The notes: generated by a model not told the origin, from the sequence alone. 64,000 nt of DNA from Escherichia coli (GCF_050920415.1 NZ_CP169309.1); one strand, 5' to 3'; shown: positions 9,658 to 26,139, counted from the stretch's first letter. Program-made: numbers and translations.

Positions 9658-11264
9658 AGGTTGTCGGGGGAAAGGATCGATGGGCCAGAGTGAGTGAGCA
9701 ACTCCGGGTAATCCAGCGTGAAATGCAGCCCCCGGCTCTCCTTGCGCACCATCGCACAGCGAACAATCAACTCGGCAACCTGTACCAGATTACGCAGCTC
9801 CAGCAAATTATTTGATACGCGGAAATGGGCGTAATATTCGTCTATTTCCTGCTGAAGCATATTGATCCGCCGCAGGGCGCGTTCCAGACGTTTCGTTGTG
9901 CGCACAATGCCGACGTAATCCCACATAAACAGACGTAGCTCGTGCCAGTTATGTTGAATCACCACCAGTTCGTCAGGGTTCTCAACACGGCTTTCATCCC
10001 ACGGCGGTAACGTACTGACGTCGTGGGCATAAGGCATACGCCTGGTAATATCCTCCGCCGCCGACCAGCCGTAAACCAGACACTCCAGTAATGAATTTGA
10101 GGCCATGCGGTTAGCGCCGTGTAAGCCGGTATAACTCACTTCGCCAATGGCGTACAAACCTTCGACGTCCGTACGCCCATGATCATCAACCATTACACCA
10201 CCGCAGGTATAGTGTGCAGCAGGCACAATCGGCACAGGGCCTTTCGTGAGATCAATCCCCAGTCCCAATAACTTTTCATAAATCATCGGGAAATGCTGAC
10301 GAATAAAATCGGCAGGCTTATGGCTGATGTCGAGATACATACAATCCGCACCGAGGCGTTTCATTTCATGATCAATAGCGCGGGCGACAATATCGCGCGG
10401 GGCCAGTTCGCCGCGCTCATCGAAATCGGGCATAAAACGCGTGCCATCCGGGCGCTTGAGATAAGCACCTTCGCCGCGCAGTGCTTCCGTTAACAGGAAA
10501 TTTCGTGCCTGTGGGTGATAGAGCGCGGTAGGGTGAAACTGATTAAATTCGAGATTGGCGACCCGGCAGCCCGCGCGCCACGCCATAGCAATGCCATCGC
10601 CAGAAGAAATATCCGGATTGGTGGTGTACTGATAAACCTTCGACGCACCGCCGGTTGCCAGCACAACCGCTTTTGCGTGGCAGGTTTCAACCGTTTCTTT
10701 ATTTCGGTTCCATACCCACGCGCCTACAACTCGTCGCGTGCCCGGCAGGCCAATTTTGTCAGAGACAATCAGATCAACCGCGTTGCTGCGCTCCAGCACG
10801 CGAATATTCGGATGGTTCTGCGCCTTGCTCACTAGGGTGGTTTCTACTTCTTTACCGGTGGCGTCCGCAGCATGAAGAATTCGTCGGTGACTATGTCCAC
10901 CTTCACGGGTCAAATGGTAACTTTCTTCGCCATTCGATTGAACGTGGGTATCAAACAACACCCCCTGGTCGATTAACCATTGCACACAGGAACGCGCATT
11001 GCTGGCGACAAATTCAACTGCATGGCGATCACAAATACCAGCACCGGCTATCATTGTGTCTTCCACATGCGAATCAATGCTGTCAGTTTCATCAAACACG
11101 GCGGCAATTCCGCCCTGGGCATAAAATGTTGAACCTTCCGTGACTGGGCCTTTACTTAGAACGATGACATGATGCCGATCAGCCAGACGTAGCGCCAGTG
11201 AAAGCCCGGCAGCGCCGCTACCGATAATCAACACGTCACATGAATGTTCAGGGAGAGTATTCAT
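9642..11264 (-). CDS. nadB: L-aspartate oxidase
   Basis: 540-aa ORF with N-terminal FAD-binding GSGAAGLS motif; 3' end overlaps yfiC 3' end by 16 nt. Confidence 0.95.
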   Translation of the reverse strand: MNTLPEHSCDVLIIGSGAAGLSLALRLADRHHVIVLSKGPVTEGSTFYAQGGIAAVFDETDSIDSHVEDTMIAGAGICDRHAVEFVASNARSCVQWLIDQGVLFDTHVQSNGEESYHLTREGGHSHRRILHAADATGKEVETTLVSKAQNHPNIRVLERSNAVDLIVSDKIGLPGTRRVVGAWVWNRNKETVETCHAKAVVLATGGASKVYQYTTNPDISSGDGIAMAWRAGCRVANLEFNQFHPTALYHPQARNFLLTEALRGEGAYLKRPDGTRFMPDFDERGELAPRDIVARAIDHEMKRLGADCMYLDISHKPADFIRQHFPMIYEKLLGLGIDLTKGPVPIVPAAHYTCGGVMVDDHGRTDVEGLYAIGEVSYTGLHGANRMASNSLLECLVYGWSAAEDITRRMPYAHDVSTLPPWDESRVENPDELVVIQHNWHELRLFMWDYVGIVRTTKRLERALRRINMLQQEIDEYYAHFRVSNNLLELRNLVQVAELIVRCAMVRKESRGLHFTLDYPELLTHSGPSILSPDNLYINK

Positions 11265-11270
11265 TTTCTT

Positions 11271-11288
11271 TGTTTAATTTACTAAACA
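11271..11288. promoter_or_regulatory. NadR-type operator (TGTTTA-N6-TAAACA) immediately upstream of nadB
   Basis: tgtttaatttactaaaca palindrome 7 nt upstream of nadB start codon. Confidence 0.6.
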
Positions 11289-11561
11289 CGGTTTGGTCAG
11301 CATAGCATCATGTTGTGCGATTAAACACCTGCTATTTTAATTTTTGTTACAGAGGCTAAACAGACCGAATCACGGCGACGAGAAAACGAGAAGTTACTGG
11401 CTGGCGAAGGATTAGGTGGTGAAATAAAAAGGCCGTTGGGTTACTCTTCAGGCAGTTAAATGGGCATTTCTACACAGATAATGCGATGTTCAGATTCTGT
11501 AGACTTATAATGATAGATAATGATCCGTCTACAGCATGACAAACAAAAACAGATGCGTTAC

Positions 11562-11589
11562 GGAACTTTACAAAAACGAGACACTCTAA
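11562..11589 (+). promoter_or_regulatory. Sigma-E dependent promoter of rpoE (autoregulated P2-type)
   Basis: GGAACTT -16 nt- TCTAA, matching the sigma-E -35/-10 consensus, ~85 nt upstream of rpoE ATG. Confidence 0.7.
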
Positions 11590-11615
11590 CCCTTTGCTTG
11601 CTCAAATTGCAGCTA

Positions 11616-11675
11616 ATGGAGTGGCGTTTCGATAGCGCGTGGAAATTTGGTTTGGGGAGACTTTACCTCGGATGA
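11616..11675 (+). CDS. rseD: 19-codon leader ORF (rseD-type) translationally coupled to rpoE via ATGA overlap
   Basis: atg gag tgg cgt ttc ... ctc gga TGA, with the stop overlapping the rpoE ATG (ggATGAgc). Confidence 0.55.
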   Translation: MEWRFDSAWKFGLGRLYLG

Positions 11676-12247
11676 GCGAGCAGTTAACGGACCAGGTCCT
11701 GGTTGAACGGGTCCAGAAGGGAGATCAGAAAGCCTTTAACTTACTGGTAGTGCGCTATCAGCATAAAGTGGCGAGTCTGGTTTCCCGCTATGTGCCGTCG
11801 GGTGATGTTCCCGATGTGGTACAAGAAGCTTTTATTAAAGCCTATCGTGCGCTGGATTCGTTCCGGGGAGATAGCGCTTTTTATACATGGCTGTATCGGA
11901 TTGCTGTAAATACAGCGAAAAATTACCTGGTTGCTCAGGGACGCCGTCCACCTTCCAGTGATGTGGATGCCATTGAAGCTGAAAACTTCGAAAGTGGCGG
12001 CGCGTTGAAAGAAATTTCGAACCCTGAGAACTTAATGTTGTCAGAAGAACTGAGACAGATAGTTTTCCGAACTATTGAGTCCCTCCCGGAAGATTTACGC
12101 ATGGCAATAACCTTGCGGGAGCTGGATGGCCTGAGCTATGAAGAGATAGCCGCTATCATGGATTGTCCGGTAGGTACGGTGCGTTCACGTATCTTCCGAG
12201 CGAGGGAAGCTATTGATAACAAAGTTCAACCGCTTATCAGGCGTTGA
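11672..12247 (+). CDS. rpoE: RNA polymerase sigma-E (sigma-24) factor
   Basis: 191 aa from ATG 11672 (MSEQLTDQVLVERVQKGDQKAFNLLV...), ECF sigma regions 2 and 4. Confidence 0.97.
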   Translation: MSEQLTDQVLVERVQKGDQKAFNLLVVRYQHKVASLVSRYVPSGDVPDVVQEAFIKAYRALDSFRGDSAFYTWLYRIAVNTAKNYLVAQGRRPPSSDVDAIEAENFESGGALKEISNPENLMLSEELRQIVFRTIESLPEDLRMAITLRELDGLSYEEIAAIMDCPVGTVRSRIFRAREAIDNKVQPLIRR

Positions 12248-12279
12248 CGATAGCGGGATACTGGATAAGGGTATTAGGC

Positions 12280-12930
12280 ATGCAGAAAGAACAACTTTCC
12301 GCTTTAATGGATGGCGAAACGCTGGATAGTGAGCTGCTTAACGAACTGGCTCATAACCCAGAAATGCAGAAAACCTGGGAAAGCTATCACTTAATCCGTG
12401 ACTCAATGCGGGGTGATACTCCCGAGGTGCTCCATTTCGATATCTCTTCACGCGTAATGGCCGCCATTGAAGAAGAGCCAGTACGTCAACCGGCGACACT
12501 GATCCCAGAGGCCCAGCCTGCGCCGCATCAATGGCAGAAAATGCCATTCTGGCAGAAAGTACGTCCATGGGCTGCACAGCTTACCCAAATGGGCGTAGCA
12601 GCATGCGTATCGCTTGCAGTTATCGTTGGCGTCCAGCACTATAATGGGCAATCTGAAACGTCCCAGCAGCCCGAAACGCCAGTATTTAATACACTGCCGA
12701 TGATGGGTAAAGCCAGCCCGGTTAGCCTGGGAGTACCTTCTGAAGCGACTGCAAATAATGGTCAACAGCAGCAGGTACAGGAGCAGCGTCGTCGCATTAA
12801 TGCTATGTTGCAGGATTACGAACTGCAACGTCGACTCCACTCTGAACAGCTTCAGTTTGAGCAGGCCCAAACCCAGCAAGCCGCTGTACAGGTGCCAGGA
12901 ATTCAAACTTTAGGAACGCAATCGCAGTAA
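12280..12930 (+). CDS. rseA: Anti-sigma-E factor RseA
   Basis: 216 aa from ATG 12280 (MQKEQLSALMDGETLDSELL...), single TM segment, Q-rich C-terminus. Confidence 0.95.
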   Translation: MQKEQLSALMDGETLDSELLNELAHNPEMQKTWESYHLIRDSMRGDTPEVLHFDISSRVMAAIEEEPVRQPATLIPEAQPAPHQWQKMPFWQKVRPWAAQLTQMGVAACVSLAVIVGVQHYNGQSETSQQPETPVFNTLPMMGKASPVSLGVPSEATANNGQQQQVQEQRRRINAMLQDYELQRRLHSEQLQFEQAQTQQAAVQVPGIQTLGTQSQ

Positions 12931-13886
12931 TGAAGCAACTTTGGTTTGCCATGTCATTAGTGACAGGTAGCCTGTTATTCTCTGCTAACGCCTCGGCCAC
13001 TCCCGCGTCCGGGGCGTTATTACAGCAGATGAACCTGGCCAGTCAGTCACTGAATTACGAGCTGTCATTCATCAGCATCAATAAACAGGGTGTTGAGTCT
13101 CTGCGTTATCGACATGCACGCCTCGATAACCGTCCTCTTGCACAATTGTTGCAAATGGATGGCCCGCGCCGGGAAGTGGTACAGCGCGGCAATGAAATCA
13201 GCTACTTTGAACCGGGCCTTGAACCGTTCACGCTTAATGGCGATTACATTGTTGATTCTCTGCCATCGCTCATCTATACCGATTTCAAACGCCTTTCTCC
13301 TTACTACGACTTTATCTCCGTGGGACGCACGCGTATTGCTGATCGTCTTTGCGAAGTCATTCGCGTGGTGGCCCGTGATGGCACACGCTACAGCTACATC
13401 GTGTGGATGGACACCGAATCGAAATTACCGATGCGGGTTGATCTCCTTGATCGCGATGGTGAAACGCTGGAACAATTTCGCGTGATTGCTTTTAACGTTA
13501 ATCAGGATATCAGCAGCAGTATGCAGACGCTGGCGAAAGCAAATCTGCCGCCGCTGCTTTCTGTTCCTGTAGGTGAAAAAGCTAAATTCAGCTGGACGCC
13601 AACCTGGTTGCCACAGGGGTTTAGTGAGGTTTCCAGCAGCCGACGTCCGTTACCGACGATGGACAACATGCCTATCGAATCACGTCTCTATTCCGACGGA
13701 TTATTCAGCTTCTCGGTAAACGTTAACCGCGCTACGCCATCGAGCACCGATCAGATGTTGCGCACCGGACGCAGAACCGTCAGTACAAGCGTACGTGATA
13801 ACGCCGAAATCACCATTGTCGGCGAACTGCCGCCGCAAACGGCGAAACGCATTGCCGAGAATATTAAGTTCGGGGCAGCGCAATGA
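12930..13886 (+). CDS. rseB: Sigma-E regulatory protein RseB (periplasmic)
   Basis: 318-aa ORF with signal peptide, start overlaps rseA stop (TAATG). Confidence 0.95.
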   Translation: MKQLWFAMSLVTGSLLFSANASATPASGALLQQMNLASQSLNYELSFISINKQGVESLRYRHARLDNRPLAQLLQMDGPRREVVQRGNEISYFEPGLEPFTLNGDYIVDSLPSLIYTDFKRLSPYYDFISVGRTRIADRLCEVIRVVARDGTRYSYIVWMDTESKLPMRVDLLDRDGETLEQFRVIAFNVNQDISSSMQTLAKANLPPLLSVPVGEKAKFSWTPTWLPQGFSEVSSSRRPLPTMDNMPIESRLYSDGLFSFSVNVNRATPSSTDQMLRTGRRTVSTSVRDNAEITIVGELPPQTAKRIAENIKFGAAQ

Positions 13887-14362
13887 TCAAAGAGTGGGCT
13901 ACGGTCGTCTCCTGGCAAAACGGGCAGGCGCTGGTCAGTTGTGATGTTAAAGCCTCATGCAGCAGCTGTGCTTCTCGTGTCGGTTGCGGTAGCCGCGTGC
14001 TGAATAAACTTGGCCCACAAACCACGCATACCATTGTCGTACCCTGTGATGAACCGTTAGTGCCGGGGCAAAAAGTGGAATTAGGAATCGCCGAGGGCAG
14101 CCTGCTTAGCTCCGCATTACTGGTTTATATGTCGCCGTTGGTGGGATTATTCCTCATCGCTTCGTTATTTCAGCTACTCTTTGCTTCAGATATTGCAGCA
14201 TTATGCGGTGCGATTCTCGGCGGCGTTGGTGGATTCCTGATTGCACGCGGCTACTCGCGAAAGTTTGCTGCCCGGGCGGAATGGCAACCGATCATCTTAA
14301 GCGTGGCATTGCCGCCAGGCCTTGTGCGATTTGAAACATCTTCGGAAGACGCGAGCCAGTGA
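13883..14362 (+). CDS. rseC: RseC (SoxR-reducing system component-like membrane protein)
   Basis: 159-aa ORF, overlaps rseB stop; cysteine-rich N-terminus plus TM segments. Confidence 0.9.
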   Translation: MIKEWATVVSWQNGQALVSCDVKASCSSCASRVGCGSRVLNKLGPQTTHTIVVPCDEPLVPGQKVELGIAEGSLLSSALLVYMSPLVGLFLIASLFQLLFASDIAALCGAILGGVGGFLIARGYSRKFAARAEWQPIILSVALPPGLVRFETSSEDASQ

Positions 14363-14559
14363 TTTCACTGGCTTTGTTGCATTTTGCATAACAAATGCGA
14401 GGACGTTTCCAGATACCACAATCCATACCGTATGAACATTTCCTCGCCTCAATGTTGTAGTGTAGAATGCGGCGTTTCTATTAATACAGACGTTAAGCTC
14501 AGAACAGCGACTTCTAAAAGCCTGGTTAACCGGGCATTAAGGCACAATAATCATACTTT

Positions 14560-16359
<1,800 letters not shown>

Positions 16360-16374
16360 CCCTTAGGAGTTGGC

Positions 16375-17349
16375 ATGGCGAATATGTTTGCCCTCATTCT
16401 GGTGATTGCCACACTGGTGACGGGCATTTTATGGTGCGTGGATAAATTCTTTTTCGCACCTAAGCGACGGGAACGTCAGGCAGCGGCTCAAGCGGCTGCT
16501 GGTGACTCACTGGATAAAGCAACGCTGAAAAAAGTTGCGCCGAAGCCAGGTTGGCTGGAAACCGGGGCTTCTGTTTTTCCGGTGCTGGCTATTGTATTGA
16601 TTGTGCGTTCGTTTATTTATGAACCGTTCCAAATCCCGTCAGGTTCGATGATGCCGACTCTGTTAATCGGTGACTTTATTCTGGTAGAAAAGTTTGCTTA
16701 CGGCATTAAAGATCCTATCTACCAGAAAACGCTGATCGAAACCGGTCATCCGAAACGTGGCGATATCGTGGTCTTTAAATACCCGGAAGATCCAAAGCTT
16801 GATTACATCAAGCGTGCGGTGGGTTTACCGGGCGATAAAGTCACTTACGATCCGGTTTCAAAAGAGCTGACGATTCAGCCGGGATGCAGTTCCGGTCAGG
16901 CGTGTGAAAACGCGCTGCCGGTCACCTACTCAAACGTGGAACCGAGCGATTTCGTTCAGACCTTCTCGCGCCGTAATGGTGGGGAAGCAACCAGCGGATT
17001 CTTTGAAGTGCCGAAAAACGAAACCAAAGAAAATGGAATTCGTCTTTCCGAGCGTAAAGAGACTCTGGGTGATGTGACGCACCGTATTCTGACAGTGCCG
17101 ATTGCGCAGGATCAGGTGGGGATGTATTACCAGCAGCCAGGGCAACAACTGGCAACCTGGATTGTTCCACCGGGCCAATACTTCATGATGGGTGACAACC
17201 GTGACAACAGCGCGGACAGCCGTTACTGGGGCTTTGTGCCGGAAGCGAATCTGGTAGGTCGGGCAACGGCTATCTGGATGAGTTTCGATAAGCAAGAAGG
17301 CGAATGGCCGACTGGTGTGCGCTTAAGTCGTATTGGCGGCATCCATTAA
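16375..17349 (+). CDS. lepB: Signal peptidase I
   Basis: 324-aa ORF with catalytic SGSMMPTL and GDNRDNSADSRYWGFV boxes. Confidence 0.97.
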   Translation: MANMFALILVIATLVTGILWCVDKFFFAPKRRERQAAAQAAAGDSLDKATLKKVAPKPGWLETGASVFPVLAIVLIVRSFIYEPFQIPSGSMMPTLLIGDFILVEKFAYGIKDPIYQKTLIETGHPKRGDIVVFKYPEDPKLDYIKRAVGLPGDKVTYDPVSKELTIQPGCSSGQACENALPVTYSNVEPSDFVQTFSRRNGGEATSGFFEVPKNETKENGIRLSERKETLGDVTHRILTVPIAQDQVGMYYQQPGQQLATWIVPPGQYFMMGDNRDNSADSRYWGFVPEANLVGRATAIWMSFDKQEGEWPTGVRLSRIGGIH

Positions 17350-17364
17350 TAGCTTATCTTCGTT

Positions 17365-17400
17365 CACGTTGTCGCCGTTATGGCGACAACGTGAATTATT
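17365..17400 (+). terminator. Rho-independent terminator after lepB
   Basis: cacgttgtcgccgttatggcgacaacgtg perfect hairpin followed by T-rich tract. Confidence 0.7.
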
Positions 17401-17591
17401 TATGAGATAAATCTCCCGTGGCTAACGACATCCCCCGTCGTTGTGTATAGAATATTCCCCCGAAGTTTAAGGTTGGCACCTCCAGGTTGCCACGGCACAC
17501 GAAACAGCGTTGGTCCCCATATACCGGTAAACTGAAACTGCAGCGAAGCAGTTAGCAGAGCCATGTATATCAGGTCTGTTTCGTGTGCTGA

Positions 17592-19204
<1,613 letters not shown>

Positions 19205-19215
19205 GAGTTACTCCG

Positions 19216-19944
19216 ATGGAAGGCTGGCAGCGCGCATTTGTCCTGCATAGTCGCCCGTGGAGCGAAACCAGCCTGATGCTGGACGTCTTCACGGAGGAAT
19301 CGGGTCGCGTGCGTCTGGTTGCCAAAGGCGCACGCTCTAAACGCTCTACTCTGAAAGGTGCATTACAGCCTTTCACCCCTCTCTTGCTACGTTTTGGCGG
19401 GCGTGGCGAAGTCAAAACGCTGCGCAGTGCTGAAGCTGTCTCGCTGGCGCTGCCATTAAGCGGTATCACCCTTTACAGTGGTTTGTACATTAACGAACTT
19501 CTCTCCCGCGTGCTGGAATACGAGACGCGCTTCTCTGAACTCTTTTTCGATTACTTGCACTGCATTCAGTCTCTTGCAGGTGCCACTGGTACGCCAGAAC
19601 CCGCGCTGCGCCGCTTTGAACTGGCACTGCTCGGGCATCTGGGCTATGGCGTCAATTTTACCCATTGTGCGGGTAGCGGCGAGCCGGTAGATGACACCAT
19701 GACGTATCGTTATCGCGAAGAAAAAGGGTTTATCGCAAGTGTCGTTATCGATAATAAAACGTTCACCGGAAGGCAGTTAAAAGCGTTAAACGCGCGGGAA
19801 TTTCCTGACGCAGACACACTGCGCGCCGCGAAACGCTTTACCCGCATGGCGCTAAAGCCGTATCTTGGCGGTAAACCATTAAAGAGCAGGGAACTGTTCC
19901 GGCAGTTTATGCCTAAGCGAACGGTGAAAACACATTATGAATGA
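19216..19944 (+). CDS. recO: DNA repair protein RecO
   Basis: 242-aa ORF, operon position downstream of era. Confidence 0.93.
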
Positions 19945-19955
19945 TGAGGATTGTC

Positions 19956-20687
19956 ATGGCTGAATTACTGTTAGGCGTCAACATTGACCATATTGCAACG
20001 CTGCGTAACGCACGTGGTACTGCTTACCCGGATCCGGTGCAGGCGGCGTTTATTGCTGAGCAGGCGGGGGCGGATGGCATTACCGTGCATCTACGTGAAG
20101 ATCGTCGCCACATTACCGACCGCGACGTGCGCATCCTGCGTCAGACGCTGGATACCCGCATGAATCTGGAGATGGCGGTGACCGAAGAGATGCTGGCGAT
20201 CGCCGTTGAAATAAAGCCGCATTTTTGCTGCCTGGTACCTGAAAAGCGCCAGGAAGTCACAACCGAAGGTGGCCTGGACGTCGCAGGGCAGCGTGACAAA
20301 ATGCGCGATGCCTGTAAACGTCTGGCGGATGCCGGGATTCAGGTTTCTCTGTTTATCGACGCCGATGAAGAGCAGATCAAAGCCGCGGCAGAGGTTGGCG
20401 CACCGTTTATTGAGATCCACACCGGTTGCTATGCCGATGCCAAAACTGATGCCGAACAGGCGCAAGAGCTGGCGCGCATTACGAAAGCCGCGACCTTTGC
20501 GGCAAGCCTCGGTCTGAAAGTTAACGCTGGTCACGGTCTGACCTATCACAACGTGAAAGCCATTGCCGCCATCCCTGAGATGCATGAACTGAATATCGGT
20601 CATGCCATTATTGGTCGTGCAGTGATGACCGGACTGAAAGATGCGGTGGCAGAAATGAAGCGTTTGATGCTGGAAGCGCGTGGCTAA
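19956..20687 (+). CDS. pdxJ: Pyridoxine 5'-phosphate synthase
   Basis: 243 aa from ATG 19956 ([21 protein letters not shown]...). Confidence 0.93.
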   Translation: MAELLLGVNIDHIATLRNARGTAYPDPVQAAFIAEQAGADGITVHLREDRRHITDRDVRILRQTLDTRMNLEMAVTEEMLAIAVEIKPHFCCLVPEKRQEVTTEGGLDVAGQRDKMRDACKRLADAGIQVSLFIDADEEQIKAAAEVGAPFIEIHTGCYADAKTDAEQAQELARITKAATFAASLGLKVNAGHGLTYHNVKAIAAIPEMHELNIGHAIIGRAVMTGLKDAVAEMKRLMLEARG

Positions 20688-21067
20688 TGGCAATATTAGG
20701 TTTAGGTACGGATATTGTGGAGATCGCTCGCATTGAATCGGTGATCGCCCGATCCGGTGAGCGCCTGGCTCGCCGCGTATTAAGCGATAACGAATGGGAA
20801 ATCTGGAAAACGCACCACCAGCCAGTGCGTTTTCTGGCGAAACGCTTTGCCGTAAAAGAAGCCGCAGCAAAAGCGTTTGGCACCGGGATCCGCAATGGTC
20901 TGGCGTTTAATCAGTTTGAAGTATTTAACGATGAGCTTGGTAAGCCACGGCTGCGACTGTGGGGTGAGGCATTAAAACTGGCGGAAAAGCTCGGCGTTGT
21001 AAATATGCATGTAACGCTGGCAGATGAACGCCACTATGCTTGCGCCACGGTAATTATCGAAAGTTAA
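20687..21067 (+). CDS. acpS: Holo-[acyl-carrier-protein] synthase
   Basis: 126-aa [19 protein letters not shown]..., start overlaps pdxJ stop. Confidence 0.95.
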   Translation: MAILGLGTDIVEIARIESVIARSGERLARRVLSDNEWEIWKTHHQPVRFLAKRFAVKEAAAKAFGTGIRNGLAFNQFEVFNDELGKPRLRLWGEALKLAEKLGVVNMHVTLADERHYACATVIIES

Positions 21068-21084
21068 AATAATACCGTTCTCTT

Positions 21085-21170
21085 TAAAAAGTAAAACCCC
21101 CGAACTGGTAAGGAACGGGGGTTTTACTTTACAACTTTAATTTTGTGCAGCACGCACCCTCAATGAGAGC
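21085..21170 (-). ncRNA. ohsC: Putative OhsC antisense sRNA (antitoxin of ShoB); boundaries approximate
   Basis: Known shoB-ohsC locus between acpS and yfhL; segment 21145-21164 is a 19/20 direct repeat of shoB 5'UTR segment 21393-21412, so a minus-strand transcript here would pair with the shoB leader; terminator at 21091-21130 fits a minus-strand 3' end. Confidence 0.45.
21091..21130. terminator. Bidirectional rho-independent terminator (acpS on + strand; likely also ohsC on - strand)
   Basis: aaaacccccg-N14-cgggggtttt hairpin flanked by A-run upstream and T-run downstream. Confidence 0.7.
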
Positions 21171-21486
21171 GATTATGGATCAGTGTGGTTATCTTTTACA
21201 AGCAACTTGCAATCTTTAGTATAAAAACTCGAGCCTTGACGAAGAAATCGATATTGATGGAAAGATTAACGTGACCACCAATTCGTAAGTACATTAAAAT
21301 TGGCTTCGTTATTGGAGATTTTGCTGTGCTTTAAACCATATCACTGAATTCCCCCATTGAAACGAGTGGTGTCGTCAAAGCTCTGGTGTGGAGTGCAGCA
21401 TGCACCCTCAATAACTCGCACGTTCAGATTTGGGGAGATGTAAGGGCTAATCTTAACGGCTGCATTCCTTGTTTAAGGAAAAACGA

Positions 21487-21567
21487 ATGACTGATTGCCG
21501 ATACCTGATTAAACGGGTCATTAAAGTCGTCATTGCTGTTTTACAGCTGATCCTTCTGTTCTTGTAA
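21487..21567 (+). CDS. shoB: Type I toxin ShoB, 26-aa hydrophobic peptide
   Basis: atg act gat tgc cga tac ... ttc ttg taa = MTDCRYLIKRVIKVVIAVLQLILLFL; AAGGA SD 7 nt upstream; hairpin terminator at ~21585-21625. Confidence 0.85.
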   Translation: MTDCRYLIKRVIKVVIAVLQLILLFL

Positions 21568-21760
21568 CACCAGGAAACGTACTTAAGGCGCGTCAGGTTA
21601 ACCAGCCAGGCGCGCCTTTAATAATTAGACGTAAGTGTCGGCGTATATATTATCGGAATTCATTTAATGAATATATTCATTAATGATATTATGGAAATTA
21701 ATATATAACTTTCGCTTTTATACGAGCAAATAAGTAATATCCTGTTCATAGAGCAAAATA

Positions 21761-22057
<297 letters not shown>

Positions 22058-22076
22058 TTATACGCGCATTCTTTAC

Positions 22077-22925
22077 TCAAACCAGTTTTTTCACCAGCGC
22101 TTCACTATGACGAATACGTTCTGGTGCCAGTTCCAGATCCTGCTGAATCAGCGCAATGAACAGTAAATCCGTTAACATTCCCTGAGCGTGACAAGCAGAG
22201 ATTGAAGCACTGTTTGTCGCTTGTTCTTCGGCAATGGTATACAGGCAGTGAGAAGCGCGTTGTTGCAGGGCATTGGGAGTAAAGCCGGTAATCGCCAGTA
22301 CTTTTCCGCCCACTCGCAGCATCTCATCTGCCGCCAGGTTTAACTCGCGTCGTACACCAGTGTAGGAAATGGCTAATAACAGATCGTCAGGGGACGACGC
22401 CTGGACTGTGGCGAGTAGCGCATGCATATCGCGCACTGCGGCGGCATTGAAGCCAATCTTCATCAGCTTCCAGGCAAAGTTTTGCGCCACCAGACCCGAA
22501 GCGCCAATACCGGTCAGAATTATCCGCCGTGCAGAGCGCAACATTGTTACGCATTCATGCAGTTTCTCTTCACTATTAACATTTAGCGTTGCGTACATAG
22601 CGGCAGTATTTTCTTTAATCAGTTTTTCGCCGACCAGCCGTAACGGATCATCACCGCGGATTTGGTTATGAATGGGCACGGAGGGAGATTCCGGCTGGCT
22701 TGCCAGCGCTTCACTCAACGCCAACTTAAGTGCCGGAAAACCTTTATAGCCGAGTTTTTGCGCGAACTTCACGACGCTGGACTGACTGACTCCGGCTTCG
22801 TTGGCCAGTTGCTGAGAGCTTAAATGGCGCGCCGTATCAGGTTGTAGTAGCAAATAGTCCGCCAGTTTTTTATCACTCTGGGCAAGCCCCTGGTAACGCT
22901 GACGGATACGAAGTAAGCCGTTCAT
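22077..22925 (-). CDS. murR: RpiR/SIS-family transcriptional regulator MurR
   Basis: ORF 22077..22997; HTH (VSQSSVVKFAQKLGYKGF) plus SIS domain; start placed at ATG 22925 (MNGLLRIRQRY), exact start uncertain. Confidence 0.8.
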   Translation of the reverse strand: MNGLLRIRQRYQGLAQSDKKLADYLLLQPDTARHLSSQQLANEAGVSQSSVVKFAQKLGYKGFPALKLALSEALASQPESPSVPIHNQIRGDDPLRLVGEKLIKENTAAMYATLNVNSEEKLHECVTMLRSARRIILTGIGASGLVAQNFAWKLMKIGFNAAAVRDMHALLATVQASSPDDLLLAISYTGVRRELNLAADEMLRVGGKVLAITGFTPNALQQRASHCLYTIAEEQATNSASISACHAQGMLTDLLFIALIQQDLELAPERIRHSEALVKKLV

Positions 22926-23133
22926 ATCTTTCCTCGCGATGAAACTATGGCGACAACAGGCAATATGAAACACACGCGAGTGAATTTTATATTCCATTGC
23001 TGTTAATTGCCATGAATTAAAAATTCCAGATAGCCATGATGCAGTCGATTGTTGCCGGAAAAGTGATGATCTATCTGTTAGGCTATGTAGTAGCGAAGAT
23101 TAATCAGGATGTTTCAGTCCAGAGGAGTATGGT

Positions 23134-23769
23134 TTGGCAACTCACGAGCGTCGTGTGGTGTTTTTTGACTTAGATGGAACATTGCATCAGCAGGATATGT
23201 TCGGCAGTTTTTTGCGTTATTTACTGCGTCGCCAACCGCTGAATGCATTACTTGTCCTGCCGTTGTTGCCGGTCATTGCCATCGCGTTATTGATAAAAGG
23301 TCGTGCAGCACGCTGGCCGATGAGTCTGCTTCTTTGGGGATGCACTTTTGGTCACAATGAAGCGCGTTTGCAGGCGTTGCAGGCCGATTTCGTACGCTGG
23401 TTTCGTGACAATGTTACCGCCTTTCCGCTGGTTCAGGAGCGATTAACCACCTACCTGTTAAGTTCCGATGCTGATATCTGGTTGATTACCGGCTCTCCGC
23501 AGCCGCTGGTTGAAGCGGTTTATTATGATACGCCCTGGCTGCCGCGGGTTAATCTTATTGCCAGTCAGATTCAGCGTGGCTATGGTGGTTGGGTATTGAC
23601 GATGCGTTGCCTCGGGCATGAGAAGGTCGCGCAACTGGAGCGTAAAATCGGCACGCCACTGCGGTTGTACAGTGGCTATAGCGACAGTAATCAGGACAAC
23701 CCGCTGCTTTATTTCTGCCAGCATCGTTGGCGGGTAACCCCGCGCGGTGAACTCCAGCAACTGGAATAG
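23134..23769 (+). CDS. pgpC: Phosphatidylglycerophosphatase C (HAD family)
   Basis: 211-aa ORF with HAD motif I (VVFFDLDGTL). Confidence 0.9.
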   Translation: MATHERRVVFFDLDGTLHQQDMFGSFLRYLLRRQPLNALLVLPLLPVIAIALLIKGRAARWPMSLLLWGCTFGHNEARLQALQADFVRWFRDNVTAFPLVQERLTTYLLSSDADIWLITGSPQPLVEAVYYDTPWLPRVNLIASQIQRGYGGWVLTMRCLGHEKVAQLERKIGTPLRLYSGYSDSNQDNPLLYFCQHRWRVTPRGELQQLE

Positions 23770-23781
23770 AGTAAAGCATAG

Positions 23782-25882
<2,101 letters not shown>

Positions 25883-26047
25883 TTAGTTAATTCTCTGTGT
25901 CGTGCGCATCCCAGCTTGAAAAAACGTAATAATAGTGAAAGGTTTACTCATAAATGAGCGGCATTTTGCGTAAACCAGCGCCAGTTGGCAACTTATTACA
26001 GCCATTGGCGGCACGCGTTGCTAATTCACAATGGTGATTTTATTTCC

Positions 26048-26063
26048 ACGCAAACGGTTTCGT
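26048..26063. promoter_or_regulatory. PurR operator upstream of purL
   Basis: acgcaaacggtttcgt matches the PurR box consensus (aCGCAAACGtTTtCnT), ~80 nt upstream of purL ATG. Confidence 0.7.
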
Positions 26064-26139
26064 CAGCGCATCAGATTCTTTATAATGACGCCCGTTTCCC
26101 CCCCTTGGGTACACCGAAAGCTTAGAAGACGAGAGACTT

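Noticed and set aside
21176-21220. 14-codon ORF (MDQCGYLLQATCNL) in the acpS-yfhL spacer
   Set aside because: No convincing SD, not hydrophobic like type I toxins, and it lies where the ohsC antitoxin RNA is expected; likely chance.
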